Origin: Podarcis muralis
Taxonomy: Eukaryota
Assembly: GCF_964188315.1 (NCBI RefSeq)
Contig: NC_135655.1
Span: forward strand, 101,494,001 to 101,558,000
Direction: 5' to 3'
DNA: 64,000 nt
How positions within the stretch are numbered: the stretch's first letter is position 1; each line of letters starts with the position of its first letter. Below are positions 23,992 through 37,823 of the stretch, one piece after another. The notes beneath the pieces were generated by a model. That model worked only from the letters and a program-made list of their open reading frames with translations. It had not been told where the DNA came from and did no database searches. The position numbers and the translations under genes are program-made.

Positions 23992-25838
23992 ACATTAGCA
24001 TCTTGGATTACTCTGTTGGTTTATATGAGCTGCTCTCAGTGTTTTACACTTCAAGGTATACACTTCGGTATAGCTAAAAATCACTTCTCAGTTTGAACCA
24101 GGAAGTGGCCTATCTAGTCAATGTTCCTTTCTACACTTTGTGTGACTATTCCAATCACTCCTTCCACTCATTTATCAGGTTTTTCCTCCCACCCACTTCC
24201 ACTTCAGTCTCTCAATATTCAGTGCTACTGAATTATTATGGGCCTGGTTTTTAGAGGAGGGGGGGTCCTCCTCTTTGGTGTTTTTTGGTAGTTTTTTGTA
24301 CTTGTGCATACCTCAAAGCTTTGAACTTCAAGGTTACTGTGAATCTGCTTGTACCTCTTTTGTAGGTGAGTTTCAGTTTTGGCTATATCATCCTGAGTAT
24401 AAGACTGGAACTGATATTAGTATATAAACACAATAAAATATTTGTATTAAAATAATGTGACTATAGTTAGTTACAAGTAAGCCCATTTTGAAGCCAATGA
24501 GATGAAACACCACAGACAAATTCTTGCTTTCAGGGTTTAATGTCGGATTAGAGCTCTGTATTCGATTCTATGTTCAACCCTGGAACATGTGAAAAATGCC
24601 CCGGTATATCTGAACCTGTGCAGAGCGAATTTTCTTCACCCTGAATCACAATTCATCAGAATTACGAAGTTTCCAGATAAGAGGCTAATAATTCCTAGCA
24701 GATTTGAATCCTTGGATTTCTTTTTCTAGAAATTTAAGAACTGCTTTGCCTTCCACTTACTTCAGTGCAATATGTATCCTGATCCTATTCTTACTTGGAC
24801 TTTGCTATTTAATACATGTATTTACAATTACAGACTAAGTCACAACTAATTTACATGTGATTATACTCACTGTTGGCAACTGAATTTACTATAAATATGT
24901 TCTCTTAAAAACTATGCCACAAGAAAGCTGTGCACATCTTCCAAGTAAATTTTGTATGCTTAACCCATGCATTTGAATTATTAGTTTGGTTTCTGTGTTG
25001 TTCCTTTTAAAATTGCAGATGAATTCCATGTATATTCATAATCAAAACATGCCCTGAATAGTTATCTGTACTACAGTTTCATTTCTTCAGTCTCTGCTTT
25101 TCTGCTGAGTCAATTTAACTAACTAAAATAAGCAGGAGAGGCATTTAACCCTGTGACTGTTCAATCTATATTTATTACATACATTAAGGGGTTCTTTCTT
25201 TTTAGATGCTGAATGTGTAATTTCCTGCTTCTTATTTGCACTGTTTTGCAGTAGGCATTCTGTCTCACTATGTTTGTATGCATTGAAGTGTGTTTGCTTG
25301 CAAACACGCACACACAAACAAATAAGGCTTTTTTGCTAACCCCCGGTCAAATGTAGAATATTTTCTTTTCTTTATGGAATGTAGTTTAATTCTATAAATC
25401 TTTCCCAAACAGTGAAGACAGAAACCATATATCCAGTATATTGCTGCCATTGAATATTATTTGAATCTCCAGAACAAGCTGCTTTTTTCTGGAAAGCAAG
25501 AAATCCTCTGACTCTAGTCAAACCAAGTTCTAAAAAAGATCGTCTCTTACATTTGCCTAATACCATGATTACCTCACTTTTAAGTCCCTCATTGCCTGTT
25601 TAGTTTAATAAAATACAATTTCAGGAATACTGGGTCAGAAACAACTAGTAACTTATTGGTTGTTGTCAGAGGGGAGCACCAGTAATTAGTTACATTTTCT
25701 AGGCTACCTTTCTCAAATGATTAGTGGGAAATACCGTAAATAATAGCCACACCTACCTGGTGTCAGTGATCCAACTAACAGACGAGGGTAAGACCCAGGT
25801 ACCTGATCATTTCAGTCTTATGTACACTGATAATAGTA

Positions 25839-26088
25839 CAGTCATACCCTGGATCCCGAACACCTTGCAACTCGAACGTTTTGGCTCCTGAACGCCGCAA
25901 ACCTGGAAGTGAGTGTTCCGGTTTGCGAATGTTCTTTGGAACCCAAACATCTGACATGGTTTCCGCGGCTTTTGATTGGCTGCAGGAGCTTCCTGCAACC
26001 AATTGAAAGTCGTGCCTTGGTTTCCAAACGTTTTGGAAGTCGAATGGACTTCTGGAACGGATTCCATTCAACTTCCAAGGTACCACTG
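25839..26088. mobile_element. Tc1/mariner-type MITE, third family
   Basis: TA-CAGTCATACCCTGG ... CCAAGGTACCACTG-TA. Confidence 0.82.
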
Positions 26089-27514
26089 TATAGGTAAGGG
26101 GGGAAAGATCCTGTATAAAGGCTTTCATAATTTCTATGTGTATAGATTGCCAAATTCATACTGCCCAATTATGTTGCAGTCAAGTAATAAGCTGTCTGTC
26201 TTCAACACTTGTTTAAATGGATTCCCTCCCCCCCAATTGTGTGTAAGTGTAGTATTGTCATACATGAATAGAAAGCTATCATTTTGAAATGTTCCGTGAG
26301 CAGTATGAATACTTTCCTTTACTACATTTACAGTTGCTAGCACTATTCAAGATGTTTGTCTTCTGGGCCTTCGTATGTTCCGTGCAGCATTTATTCCTGG
26401 AGGAGGGAGGAAAAGAAATTGAAATTTTAATGCTAAGTGGCTTAAGCTTAAAAGCACACACATGCTCCTATTTTTACATTGCTAAAACCCTGACACTACT
26501 GTCTGCAGTCCAACTTCAAACACTTTTCAAGGTTAAAAGGCTTGACAGAAAGTAGACTTGGTCTGAAAGTGACATTCTTAGCTGAAGCAAGCACTTTGTG
26601 CCTACTAACAGTGCTAGCTAAAAAAAAAAAATTGTAAAATCTCCATAGACAATTATGCAAATTACTTCTGCTGTTTATCATATTTGGCAAGTCACAGATA
26701 ATAGGAAGATGGTTGAACTTTATTTCTAGTCAATACTATTAAATACTTGTGAAACGCCTGTCACGAGAAGCAGTTAGGTATATGGAGGGAGTACCTACAT
26801 GTGGCGGAAACTCCTGAAATGTATTTTATTTAAATTTTACCTAAACATTGGCATTTAAAATAAAATCGGGCTTTTCTTTTTTAAAGTACTAATCTGGAAA
26901 AGAAGCTTCCAGTAAACAGACCCTAGAAATACTTGCACAGGTCCTTTGCATTGCCTCTTTCAGCCATATGTAGCCTCGCACACATCCTAGCACATACAAT
27001 TCCATTGACACCTTTCTTCCAATTCCTGTTGTGTATTATATACTCTGGCCTTTAGAGTTGCTGTCCAGCATCACTGACAACATGTGTACGGACATCATTT
27101 TATTTGTATGCTGCCTTTCCACACTTCAAACAATGCTCAAGGCGGCTTACAACATGAAAAAATACATAACAACAACATAACAAAAGTAGTCATAAAACAA
27201 AAAACAAAACGCTTAAAAATAGACAGCCAAACTGAATATTTTCCACATAAATCACAAGATCTGAAATAGATACAAAAGAACCAACATCAACAGCAGCAAC
27301 AATCCCCCTGCCAACTTCTTCTTCTTTCTTTGGCGATCACTTGTAGCTGAGTAAGATTGTCTTCCGTAAACACAGTTTTAACAACAACTCCCCACCCCAA
27401 GAGTCCATGCAGCAGCCTAAGCTTTTCTGGCTGTAGTGTCAAGGCCCCACCAGGCCAGGTGGGGAAAGGTCTGCAGGGCAGGGAGCAGGTCTGCCAGGAC
27501 TCACAGCCAAGATG

Positions 27515-27672
27515 GGAACATAAAGAGCTACCTTGGACTAGTGCTCTGACTCTGTCTATCCGGCTACATTGACTGGAAGCAGCTCTCCAGATTTTCAGGC
27601 AGAGGTTTTCCCCAGCTCTTCCTGGAATGTTTTGTATCCAAAGCATGAGCTCTGTCATTAAGCTATAGCCCC
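27515..27672 (-). mobile_element. tRNA-derived SINE (Squam2-like), degenerate
   Basis: GGAACATAAAGAGCTACC...GCAGCTCTCCAGATTTTCAGGCAGAG...AGCATGAGCTCTGTCATTAAGCTAT. Confidence 0.55.
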
Positions 27673-27699
27673 TTTCCCACAGAGAAGTCTCAAGCCCAA

Positions 27700-28150
27700 A
27701 ACAGTGCTTCAAAAAAACAGGCTCACACCATTCATCCAGTTGGTAAAACTTGATAGTAAAAAAGGCAGTATCAAGTCCAGGAGCCTTCTCTGGTCCTGGG
27801 ATGTGGGGGAAAGAGTTTGTGGCTATACAGTTGAAGGTGCTGAAGCATCACCTGTTTTGTCTTAGGCTTGGTGAATTGGACCTGAAACAGTGGGAGATGT
27901 TTGGTGCCTGGTGCCTTGCTGTCAGTTCAGAGACTAATCTGTAGTAGTTTGTGTATCTATGCTGTGTGTCTCTGGGTGTAGCATTCTCCCTTTTCTCATC
28001 CACCTTGACAGGATGGAAGCCACCTCTTGAGATATAAGGCAGCACTCTGGGCTGGTTTCCCAGTGAAGTGTAGCACACATAGCAGACAATGGTCTGTAAA
28101 ATAAAATAAAAACATATTGTGCACACATCTTGAGTGTGCTCTAGAAGATA
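27700..28150 (-). mobile_element. Possible degenerate L2 RT fragment
   Basis: SRWMRKGRMLHPETH resembles the L2 W-M..N.L.LNP.KTE motif. Confidence 0.3.
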
Positions 28151-29983
28151 GTTGAAGGACATACTACTTATGCTTAAGCATGTCCTTTTGTTTTATTTCA
28201 GTTTCTGCCCTACCTTCCAACCCAGAGAGGTCTTCTAGACAGCTTACATATAATAATAAATGAATCTCAACTGCTTACATTCCTTTGTGATGACCTATCC
28301 AGCCTTAATTCCCCACTTCTCATTAGGTCCCTGTGACTCTTTTCAGCCCTTCTCATTCCCCTGGTTGCTGACATTGAAGTGGTAGTTGCCTGGCTACAAG
28401 GTCCTTATATCCTGATCCATGGTGATGTCCACCCCAAGGGATGGTGATGGCCCAAGCAAGATGGAAATCGGTAGGCCCAGAGTTGTGGAAAAGATAGGAA
28501 GGTAAGGCAAGGAGCAGCCAGGCCTTTGTACAAACACCAAGGGGCTGGTGCTGGACTATGCTCAGCGGTCCTACAGCTGAGGCCCAAAACACAAGTTGTC
28601 TCAGTGCATCTTGGAGCAACTGCACTAGGTAGTCATGGTGGAAACCCTGCCTCTGATTCCTGTATGTGGCCAGTTAAAGAATTACTCCCTTTTTCTGCAG
28701 CTGGTGACTTTCCCCCCCTAATATAAGCAGTGGGATTTCACACTACTTTGAAGAGAGCTTGTTGGGGCTTTCCTGATCCTCCAATGAGTCTGCAGTCCAT
28801 TCAGCCCCATGGCAGAAGTTTCTCCTTGGGGTTCGGGGAGTATGTGGAACTGCTGGCCCTAGAGCCTAAAAGGCTGCTTTTGTGGGAGTCTTCTGCAACT
28901 GAGGATTCCTGGTTCGGGACCATGACACTTCCTCACATTCCCTCCAGGACTGCAGGACTTTTCACCTTTTTCCTTAGTACTTCAGTGTACCAGTCCTGTA
29001 TAGGGAGAGGTAAAAAGCAAGTAAATATAATCAGCACTCGTAACCTGAAATATGCACACAGCAATTACATGCAGCAAGCTGTGGTTAATGTGTTTTACCT
29101 GCATCTGTTGCAGAAACTATATCTCTTGAAATGATCCAGTGCATGTGTTTGTTTTAATATATATTAAAAACTAGTTGCTTATTTGCTGACTAATGAGTAA
29201 AAATCATCGATCTATGCATATGTAATATGGGGGTAGTATCTGATTTCTGGCAAAGACTTAGGCTTGTGCACAACTTGTGCTATCTGTCCTGTAAGCCCTG
29301 TTGGTTGCTTCAGCACAGGGAGAAGTGTGATGTTTTTCACGTACGTAATCAGAAATTCAATGAATGCTCAAAGTTTCTGTAGACTAGTGTTTCTATTTTG
29401 AGATTGTAATGGAATAAATTGTTGCAGAATTAATTAGATTAGGATTACAATGTGTTAACGTACCAAGTTGCATAAATACTTTCATGCAAAGCAATGAATA
29501 AATGTAGGAATTCCCTTTGAAAGTGTAAAAGAAGAGGCCAATATTCATCCAAGCTGCCTAATATAATCTTTATTCCTGTCTTTTCTCTTGAATTCTTAAG
29601 CATTCTCACATGTTTCAGTTTTAATCTCTCTCTCTCTATCTCTCAATACAGCCAAGATTCAAACAGCTTCTGTAGGCATTCTTGAATACATGTTTGACTT
29701 CTTACCTTTAAACACTAGAATTATGTGATACCACAAACTGCTTTTGAAACTCAACTGTGGTTCGTGAGGAGGTGCTAGGTGTGGGGGGAAACACAAATAC
29801 TAGGTTGTGCAGATCTTTGGACCCTGTTCCACCTTTTGTGTTTCCTTAAAGTTTTTACTAAAATTTATTTAAGAGTTGCACTGTTGTCTTCTGCAGTGCA
29901 CCAATCAGAGCAAATAGATAACAGACATTACTTTCATTTTAATGGTAATATTACTTAGCTGCTTGTGTTTTGTCTCCTATCAG

Positions 29984-30662
<679 letters not shown>

Positions 30663-30958
30663 TAAGCATTCACGTGCATGTTGGAATAGGAAGTTATTCT
30701 GTTTAAGTAATTCTGCGAAAGGTGACTTGATAGCCAAAGTCCTCTTTCTCTAACCCTGGAATGCATTACCTCACCAGACATCAAAGCCTGGATAGAAGAA
30801 CTTTTTTAACCAGCCTGAATCTTCCAACATCCCATTTCATTGGATGTCCCCAAGTTCTTGTGCTATGCAAGAGGAAGAAAAACCTTTCTCTATTCACTTT
30901 CTCCACACCAATTTTTTTTACATCTCCTCTTACCTGCCTTTTCTCTAAACTTAACACA

Positions 30959-30960
<2 letters not shown>

Positions 30961-30997
<37 letters not shown>
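30961..30997. repeat. (CA)n microsatellite in intron 1
   Basis: Directly visible. Confidence 0.97.
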
Positions 30998-31000
<3 letters not shown>

Positions 31001-31333
31001 GTAATCATTCCTCATAGGGGAGTTTCTACTTTCCCTATGCAGGTGGAGGGAAATTATGTCAGAGCTGCTACCCCTTCCCCCACTGGCTGAGAAGCACTTC
31101 CACTGCATCCTGTGGCCTCTCATCTACGCTCCTGGGCAACATAAGATTAGATGCTAAGACAGGCCTAAAAAACTGTAGCTCAGAAGGATATTGCAGAATG
31201 TGAAATTCCATTCCATTCCATTCCCAGTTAAGCAAATTCTTCCTTGGAATTTCTCCATACACAGGCCCAACAAAACTGCTAATGCTTGAAAAGATGGAAT
31301 AGATTAAGATATAATTTTCTCCCCTCCCCCATT

Positions 31334-31363
31334 TATCTATCTATCTATCATCTATCTAATCTG

Positions 31364-31405
<42 letters not shown>

Positions 31406-31412
31406 ATCTATT
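31334..31412. repeat. (TCTA)n tetranucleotide microsatellite, imperfect
   Basis: Directly visible. Confidence 0.95.
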
Positions 31413-32095
31413 TCTACCTAATTTGTGTTTATCCAAGGTTTACTTTCTCCAGTAGTGGCTCCTTGTGTAAGAGCTTGAATTTCCATCAGCTGTATACAAT
31501 CTAACCAACACATTTACTCAGAGGAGCAACCTCATTGCCCAGAAACACTTTAAAGACTCAGCATATTCCTATATCCCTAAAGAACTGTCTTCTAAGACCA
31601 TTTCCATTCATTTCAGATAAACATCAGTTTCCCCAGCTGGGTTTGTGACTGTTTTTTTAGGCAGACCTATATCTATGAAAAGTCTGTTGCATAGTAGGAC
31701 TTGGGTCCTGCTATCAATTTGGAATAAACTTGTCTTTAAAAAGCCTGTCTAAGCTTACACTTCTTCTTTTCTTCTTTATTTATTTGGAGGAAAACCTTTT
31801 ACTACTTGAAATAGGAACTTCTGGAGATTGTAGGCTCTTTTAAACAGTACGAAATGTGAAGATAATCCTCTGTGTGTACTAGTTCCTCAATCCTTCTGTG
31901 CATTATATGTTATCCTGTGCATTATACATTAATAGACAAGCTGGTACCCTGCAACATCCAAGAGAACAATGGAGCAACTTTGAAATGCCTAGCCTTGAGT
32001 TCTTGTTAAAATGTAGGTTAGAGAAAAGTAAGTTTGATGTAAGTTTGAACAGGAATTACATTAACTTTTCTGTGGAAACTTTTGCAGACTAGTGA

Positions 32096-32353
<258 letters not shown>

Positions 32354-32599
32354 TGAAAAATGAATATATGTTGAACTAAATATATTGTTGTAAAATTTTA
32401 AAAGTCATTAATTAGAAACAAAACCGTTTTGAAAACAAGATGCATTACTTATTGGTGTGGTTCGCATAATTAATCTAAACGGTTGTTTAAAGGTGAATGC
32501 TCAGTGTATTTATTTATTTATTTATTTGTTTAGTAGGCTAAGTAAGTAAATTTATTTGTATAAAACTCTTCATCCATAGATCTCAGGCTGTTCACAATA

Positions 32600-33092
32600 T
32601 AAAAGTAGGTCTTGCCCCATGGATCAGTTGCTGAAACTGAAAGTCCCTAACCCGCCCCGCCCCCCAGCCATCTTAAGTCCCTGCCTCTTCAGGGGTTTTT
32701 TTCCAAGCAATCGGAGACTGTGTCTGTGTACAGCCAATGTCTCCTCTGTACTTTGCATTCCTCTTCTGGTTCAGGGAGACATTGGGTGAGGGGAGCTTGT
32801 CGCAGCAGGAAGGGGAGACACCCATGACTCTTCTCCAGCCTGACTTACCTCTGCCTCTTTGCTTCACTCCTCCCCTGCTTTTCCCCTGCTTCAGCATCTG
32901 CATCTGATTCTGGACTTCTCTCTGCCACAGACTCTCCCAGCTCACTAAGCCCTGTTACTGCCTCCACTTCTGGCACCTCCTCTTCCCAATCTTCTCCTTC
33001 TGACCACTCATCATTGTCCCACCATCACGCTCTGGGCTCTGGTTCCCCAGCTGACTCCTCCCATCATTCCTCTATATCCCAACCAGTCCATG
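32600..33092 (-). mobile_element. LTR-like remnant (probable Gypsy-type solo LTR)
   Basis: Purine-rich minus strand beginning TATCATGGACTGG..., resembling a lacertid interspersed LTR as I recall it; classification uncertain. Confidence 0.4.
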
Positions 33093-33559
33093 ATAACTCC
33101 ACATTGCAACATTTGTGTTCTTATTACTGCCAGTGGTCTACAGTACACAAGGATTCTGTTTTCTGTTTGTTTATTTATCTTCATCATTCTGTGATCTTCA
33201 TCAACCAGATCACAGAGTGCTTTGCAGCATCTAATTAACATAATGACAAATTCAGAAATAATCAAACCATTAATAAATAACCAGTTGCATTTAAAAACAA
33301 TGTGCTATACATCAAATCAGTACTATACAGTAGAGTAGTGGACAGCAAAATTGTAGTGGCCTTGAAAACCACAATTTGTCCATTGCTTTCTTTTTCCTGC
33401 AGTGGTGCTCTTTCCTGCGTTTCCTCCCTAGTAGCAGTTTGTGTGAAATCTCTTAGAAATTCAGTTTGCCAGATATACAGTGGTAGATAAGGAAGAGTGT
33501 GTAATGACCCAACGTAGAAGAATATATAGTAAGGCAGAATAAGCAAGGTGCCCTAAGGG

Positions 33560-34240
33560 AACTTATTTATTCACAAAATAAGATAAAGATATCTACAAAA
33601 CGATAAAACAAGAAAATCTAGAAAGAATCACAACCATACTTTAAAACATACAAAAGTTAAGATACTAAAACAGATTAAAATTACATCAACTTTCTAAGCA
33701 TCTGGGTAGGCTTGCCTAAAAAAACATGTTTTTATCAGGCACCGCAAAAGAATACAGTGAAAGGTGCCTGCTTGATTTCAATGGGCAGGGAGTTCCAAAG
33801 AGCAGGTTGCTGCCACTAAATGGTTGAGTTCTTACAAATGTGGGATGGGTTTTATGTGGCACCTGTAGTAGTGCCAATTGAAGTGGTCGGGAGTGCATGG
33901 GAGGGGGGTGTACAGTAATCTCATAGGTAAACTGGTCCCAAGTTAAGGGCTTTATATGCTAACATTAAGATATTGAACTTGGTCTGGAAGCAACCAGTGC
34001 AGATCTCTGAGCACAGATGTTGTATTCTGACAAGGCCTTAGTCCTGTCAGCAGTTCTACACTGCAGTATTCTACACTGACAGCAGCTTCAGGATCAAGCA
34101 TGAGTGAAGCCCCACCTAGAGCGCATTGCAGTAATCCGGTTGCCTTCTTTTGAATGACTCTTAAACTTGAATGAATGGAACATGGTCTGGTTTCCCAAAT
34201 TGTATAGAATACTAGCACAGCTGAGGGGCTGCATCTCATG
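33560..34240 (-). mobile_element. Old degenerate L2 fragment
   Basis: Minus-strand remnant ...LLTG...TTSVLRDLHWLL in track ORF 33952-34299. Confidence 0.6.
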
Positions 34241-34274
34241 TAGGAATCTGTGACTGTCAAACAGCTATAACAAA

Positions 34275-35011
34275 GGTGGCATTTTTTCATCTCTGCCAAG
34301 CTAAGCAGTTGGCTCCTTATCTCTCTCGCCCTGACCTAGCCACTGTGATCCACGCGACGGTCACCTCCAGACTGGATTATTGTAACTCGCTCTACGTGGG
34401 GCTGCCCTTGAGACTGACCCAGAAATTCCAGCGGGTGCAGAATGCAGCAGTGAGACTCCTTATTGGGTCTTCGCTGTGAGATCACATTCATCCGGTACTA
34501 TACCAGCTGCACTGGCTCCCGTTGGAGTACAGGATCAGGTTTAAGGTGCTGGTTTTAACCTCTAAAGCCCTATACCGCCTAGGACCCTCGTACCTATGGG
34601 ACTGCCTCTCCTGGTATGTCCCACAGAGGAACTTACGGTCTGCAAATAAAAACATCCTGAAGGTCCCAGGCCACAGAGAGGTTAGGCTGGCCTCAACTAG
34701 AACCAGGGCTTTCTCGGCTGCGGTTCCAATCTGGTGGAACGCTCTGTCACAAGAGACTAGGGCCCTGCGGGACCTGACATCTTTCCGCAGGGCCTGCAAG
34801 ACAGAGCTGTTCCACCAGGCCTTTGGCCAGGGCGCAGCCTGACTCCCTCCTCTGGCAATCTGCACAGAATTTTGCTTAATGGTTGCCATCAATTTGATTT
34901 TAATTAATTTTTATAATGAAATGTTTTTAGAATGTTGGATTATTTGATTGTTGTTAGCAGCCCTGAGCCCGGCTTCAGCTGGGGAGGGCGGGATATAAAT
35001 AAATAATAATA

Positions 35012-35045
<34 letters not shown>
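34275..35045 (+). mobile_element. L2-clade LINE, 5'-truncated 3' end with (ATT)n tail
   Basis: SRLDYCNSLYVGLP...QRVQNAAVRLL...LHWLPLEYRIRFKVL...WWNAL...FRRACKTELF motifs; 3' GCCCTGAGCCC...GGGAGGGCGGGATATAAAT end. Confidence 0.92.
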
Positions 35046-35046
<1 letters not shown>

Positions 35047-35632
35047 ATATCTGACAAAGCAGACTTGACAGCCACGTGGAGCAAGTTTCCCTTTAAATTC
35101 ATATCATCCTGAATGAAGGAAATGACATTGAAAATGCTACAAAAATGGTGTCTAACTCCACTCTACTTTGCCCACATAAGTGCAGCCCCCCAATGAAAGA
35201 AGATGCCTTCACCCCTGTATGGCTCCCCTTTAACACATACGCAGCCCAACAAGACAACGACAAGAATCCGCCAACAGCATAGAAATCAGTCTGGCTAACC
35301 TGATTCAAAAACACCCACCCACCCCACTCACACATGAAAACAAAGCTCACCACAGCCAATCACAAACAACCACACCTTAAGCCAACCCCAACCTCTCTCA
35401 CCACGAAAGGAAGACAAGCAAATAGCAAAGAGAACCTGCACAAGCAACACTGACACAAAACCCCACACATACATTAAGTAAAATAGAAACATTGCCACCC
35501 GACCCTACTCCCACTCACCATCGCCCCCTCCACCTCTCCCCCCCTTTTCTTCTTAATCTAATACTAATGTCTCAACAAATGAAACTGATCTGTAGAAAAT
35601 GTAACTTGAAAAAAGAGACATTGCATATACTT
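35047..35632 (+). mobile_element. Probable LINE (L1/Tx1-like) 3' UTR fragment
   Basis: Strongly A/C-skewed stretch ending in AATAAA signals and an A/T tail; family assignment uncertain. Confidence 0.3.
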
Positions 35633-36063
35633 TTGTAAACCAATAAATCTTTAATAAAAAAGTTTTTTTTAAAAGTGCTCCCCCCCCCCCCCGCACCTGA
35701 TGGTGGGGCTGTATGTCGCTGGGGGTCCCGTCAGCAAATGTGCTGGGCCTATACAAAGGTGTACACGTTTTGGGAAGAGGTGCTCAGGGAAATGTTATCA
35801 AATTGGAGTTTTCATGAGATGATGTGGGATAGTGGAATTTTTTTTTAATGCAAGGTACCACAATTTGTACCAGCAGAACTTTGAGCAGAACTGTTGGTTC
35901 TCCAGTCGTCATCCACTACAAGGGCAGCTCAGAATAAGTGTGCCTCCACTGTATGTTGTGAATTTTGATTCCTCTAACATGCCCATTATATAATCAGATT
36001 TTGAAGAAAATGAGAGGTGCTTACTTTGGGGGGGGTAGTCTCTTAACCCCCAAAAAATCATAA

Positions 36064-36330
<267 letters not shown>

Positions 36331-36514
36331 TAATGTAAGAGGGAGAATTAATCTTCAAAAGTTGTTTATTAAAAAAATAGATATGTTAAGCTATCAAATC
36401 TTATGAGGTGATTTTAGAGGACCATATGTCCTTTTTACACCTTGCAGAGTCATTCCACTTTACTCCACTAATCCTAAATCACCCCCTCCTAGGTCCTGGA
36501 TCATTTATCTTAGT

Positions 36515-36670
36515 GGAGCCATGGGTCACTGATGGAGTATGTGCTATGTGTGCAGAAGATCCCATGCTCCATCTTTGGTATTTAAAATTAAAAGGATCTC
36601 AGGTAGCTACTGTTCTGGAACATAGATTTCCTGGAGACTGAGAAGAGACTGCTAGCCAAGAGTAGACGGT
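36515..36670 (+). mobile_element. tRNA-derived SINE (Squam2-like), degenerate
   Basis: GTGCTATGTGTGCAGAAGATCCCA head; CCTGGAGAC...GAGACTGCTAGCCAAGAGTAGAC body. Confidence 0.45.
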
Positions 36671-36699
36671 TGGCATCCATCTGTCTCAGAAGACAATGG

Positions 36700-36867
36700 A
36701 GGCGTTCACCTTTGGGGATGAAGTCAAACTATTGGAAGTGGACAGGACTGGGTTTTTAAGCAGAGGTTGGATGGTCATCTGTCATGTATGTTGAGATTCC
36801 TGAATTGCAGAGAGTTGGACTAGATGACCCTCAGGATCCCTTCTAACTCTACAACTCTGTGATTCTA
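36700..36867 (+). mobile_element. CR1 LINE 3' end
   Basis: GGTTTTTAAGCAGAGGTTGGATGGTCATCTGTC...GGACTAGATGACC...CTTCTAACTCTACAACTCTGTGATTCTA, typical CR1 terminus. Confidence 0.8.
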
Positions 36868-37823
36868 CCCCAATGCAAAAGAGCTTAATATGTGTGTGTT
36901 TTCATAGATAGGTAGATCAGTGTGGAACTTCCATATCTTGGGGAAATGCTGACATTGTAGGCACACACCAAACCTGGCATCAAAATATAGCACCCTTAGC
37001 CAGCTGCACTCCACTGGTACCCACGCCTATGCAATTACCCATTTTGGGCCTTCCGTGTTCAGTGTCACTAGAGGGAATAAGTTCATGCCCTTCCAAACAT
37101 TCCTATAGCTTAGTGCCACACAGCTTTCCTCTTTCAGTCATCCACATTTGGCCTAGAACAAAGTTGGGGAAGTACAACCAGGTACTGAAGATCAATATCC
37201 TATTGCAGCAGGGGATATCCTAATTTTCCTTTTTAATAAATGGCTGTTTTGAAAGTTTTTTATTTCATTTATTTATTTTATTATATTTATCTGCTGCCTT
37301 TCTGTCAAGGCACCCATGGTAGTTCATAAATATTAGAATTAGGAAATGCTGCAAAATATTCTTGGGTCAGATTAGGAGCTGATGAAATGAAGTCCCTGCC
37401 CTGGGCATTTTTGCCTTCTCTTGGGGCAGATAGGTCTTAAGCAGCCCCAAGGCAACTCAGGAAACTGATAGTTGCATCAGGAGCTTATGGTTATGCAGCT
37501 GCTGGCCTGGATAAGGCATGGTAGGTCACATTTTGATAAAAGTACGTTGCCCTAAATTATTATTGAACAGAAACGGTGCTGGCTGGGACTGATGAGAGTT
37601 GTAGTCCAAAACATCTGGAAAGCACTAGTTTAGTGAAGACTGGCATAGGAATAAATGACATAGGTTTCCTACCAGAATCCCTGGTGCAAGACCATGGCAC
37701 ATTACAGAATTTTGTGTTTAATGTACTTGGATGCAGTTCTGTCCAGAGGGGGGAAATTAGTCTCTTTTGTTATATTTCATTTCATTCCACAATAGTAACT
37801 CTTCTCTCATATTTTTTATTTAG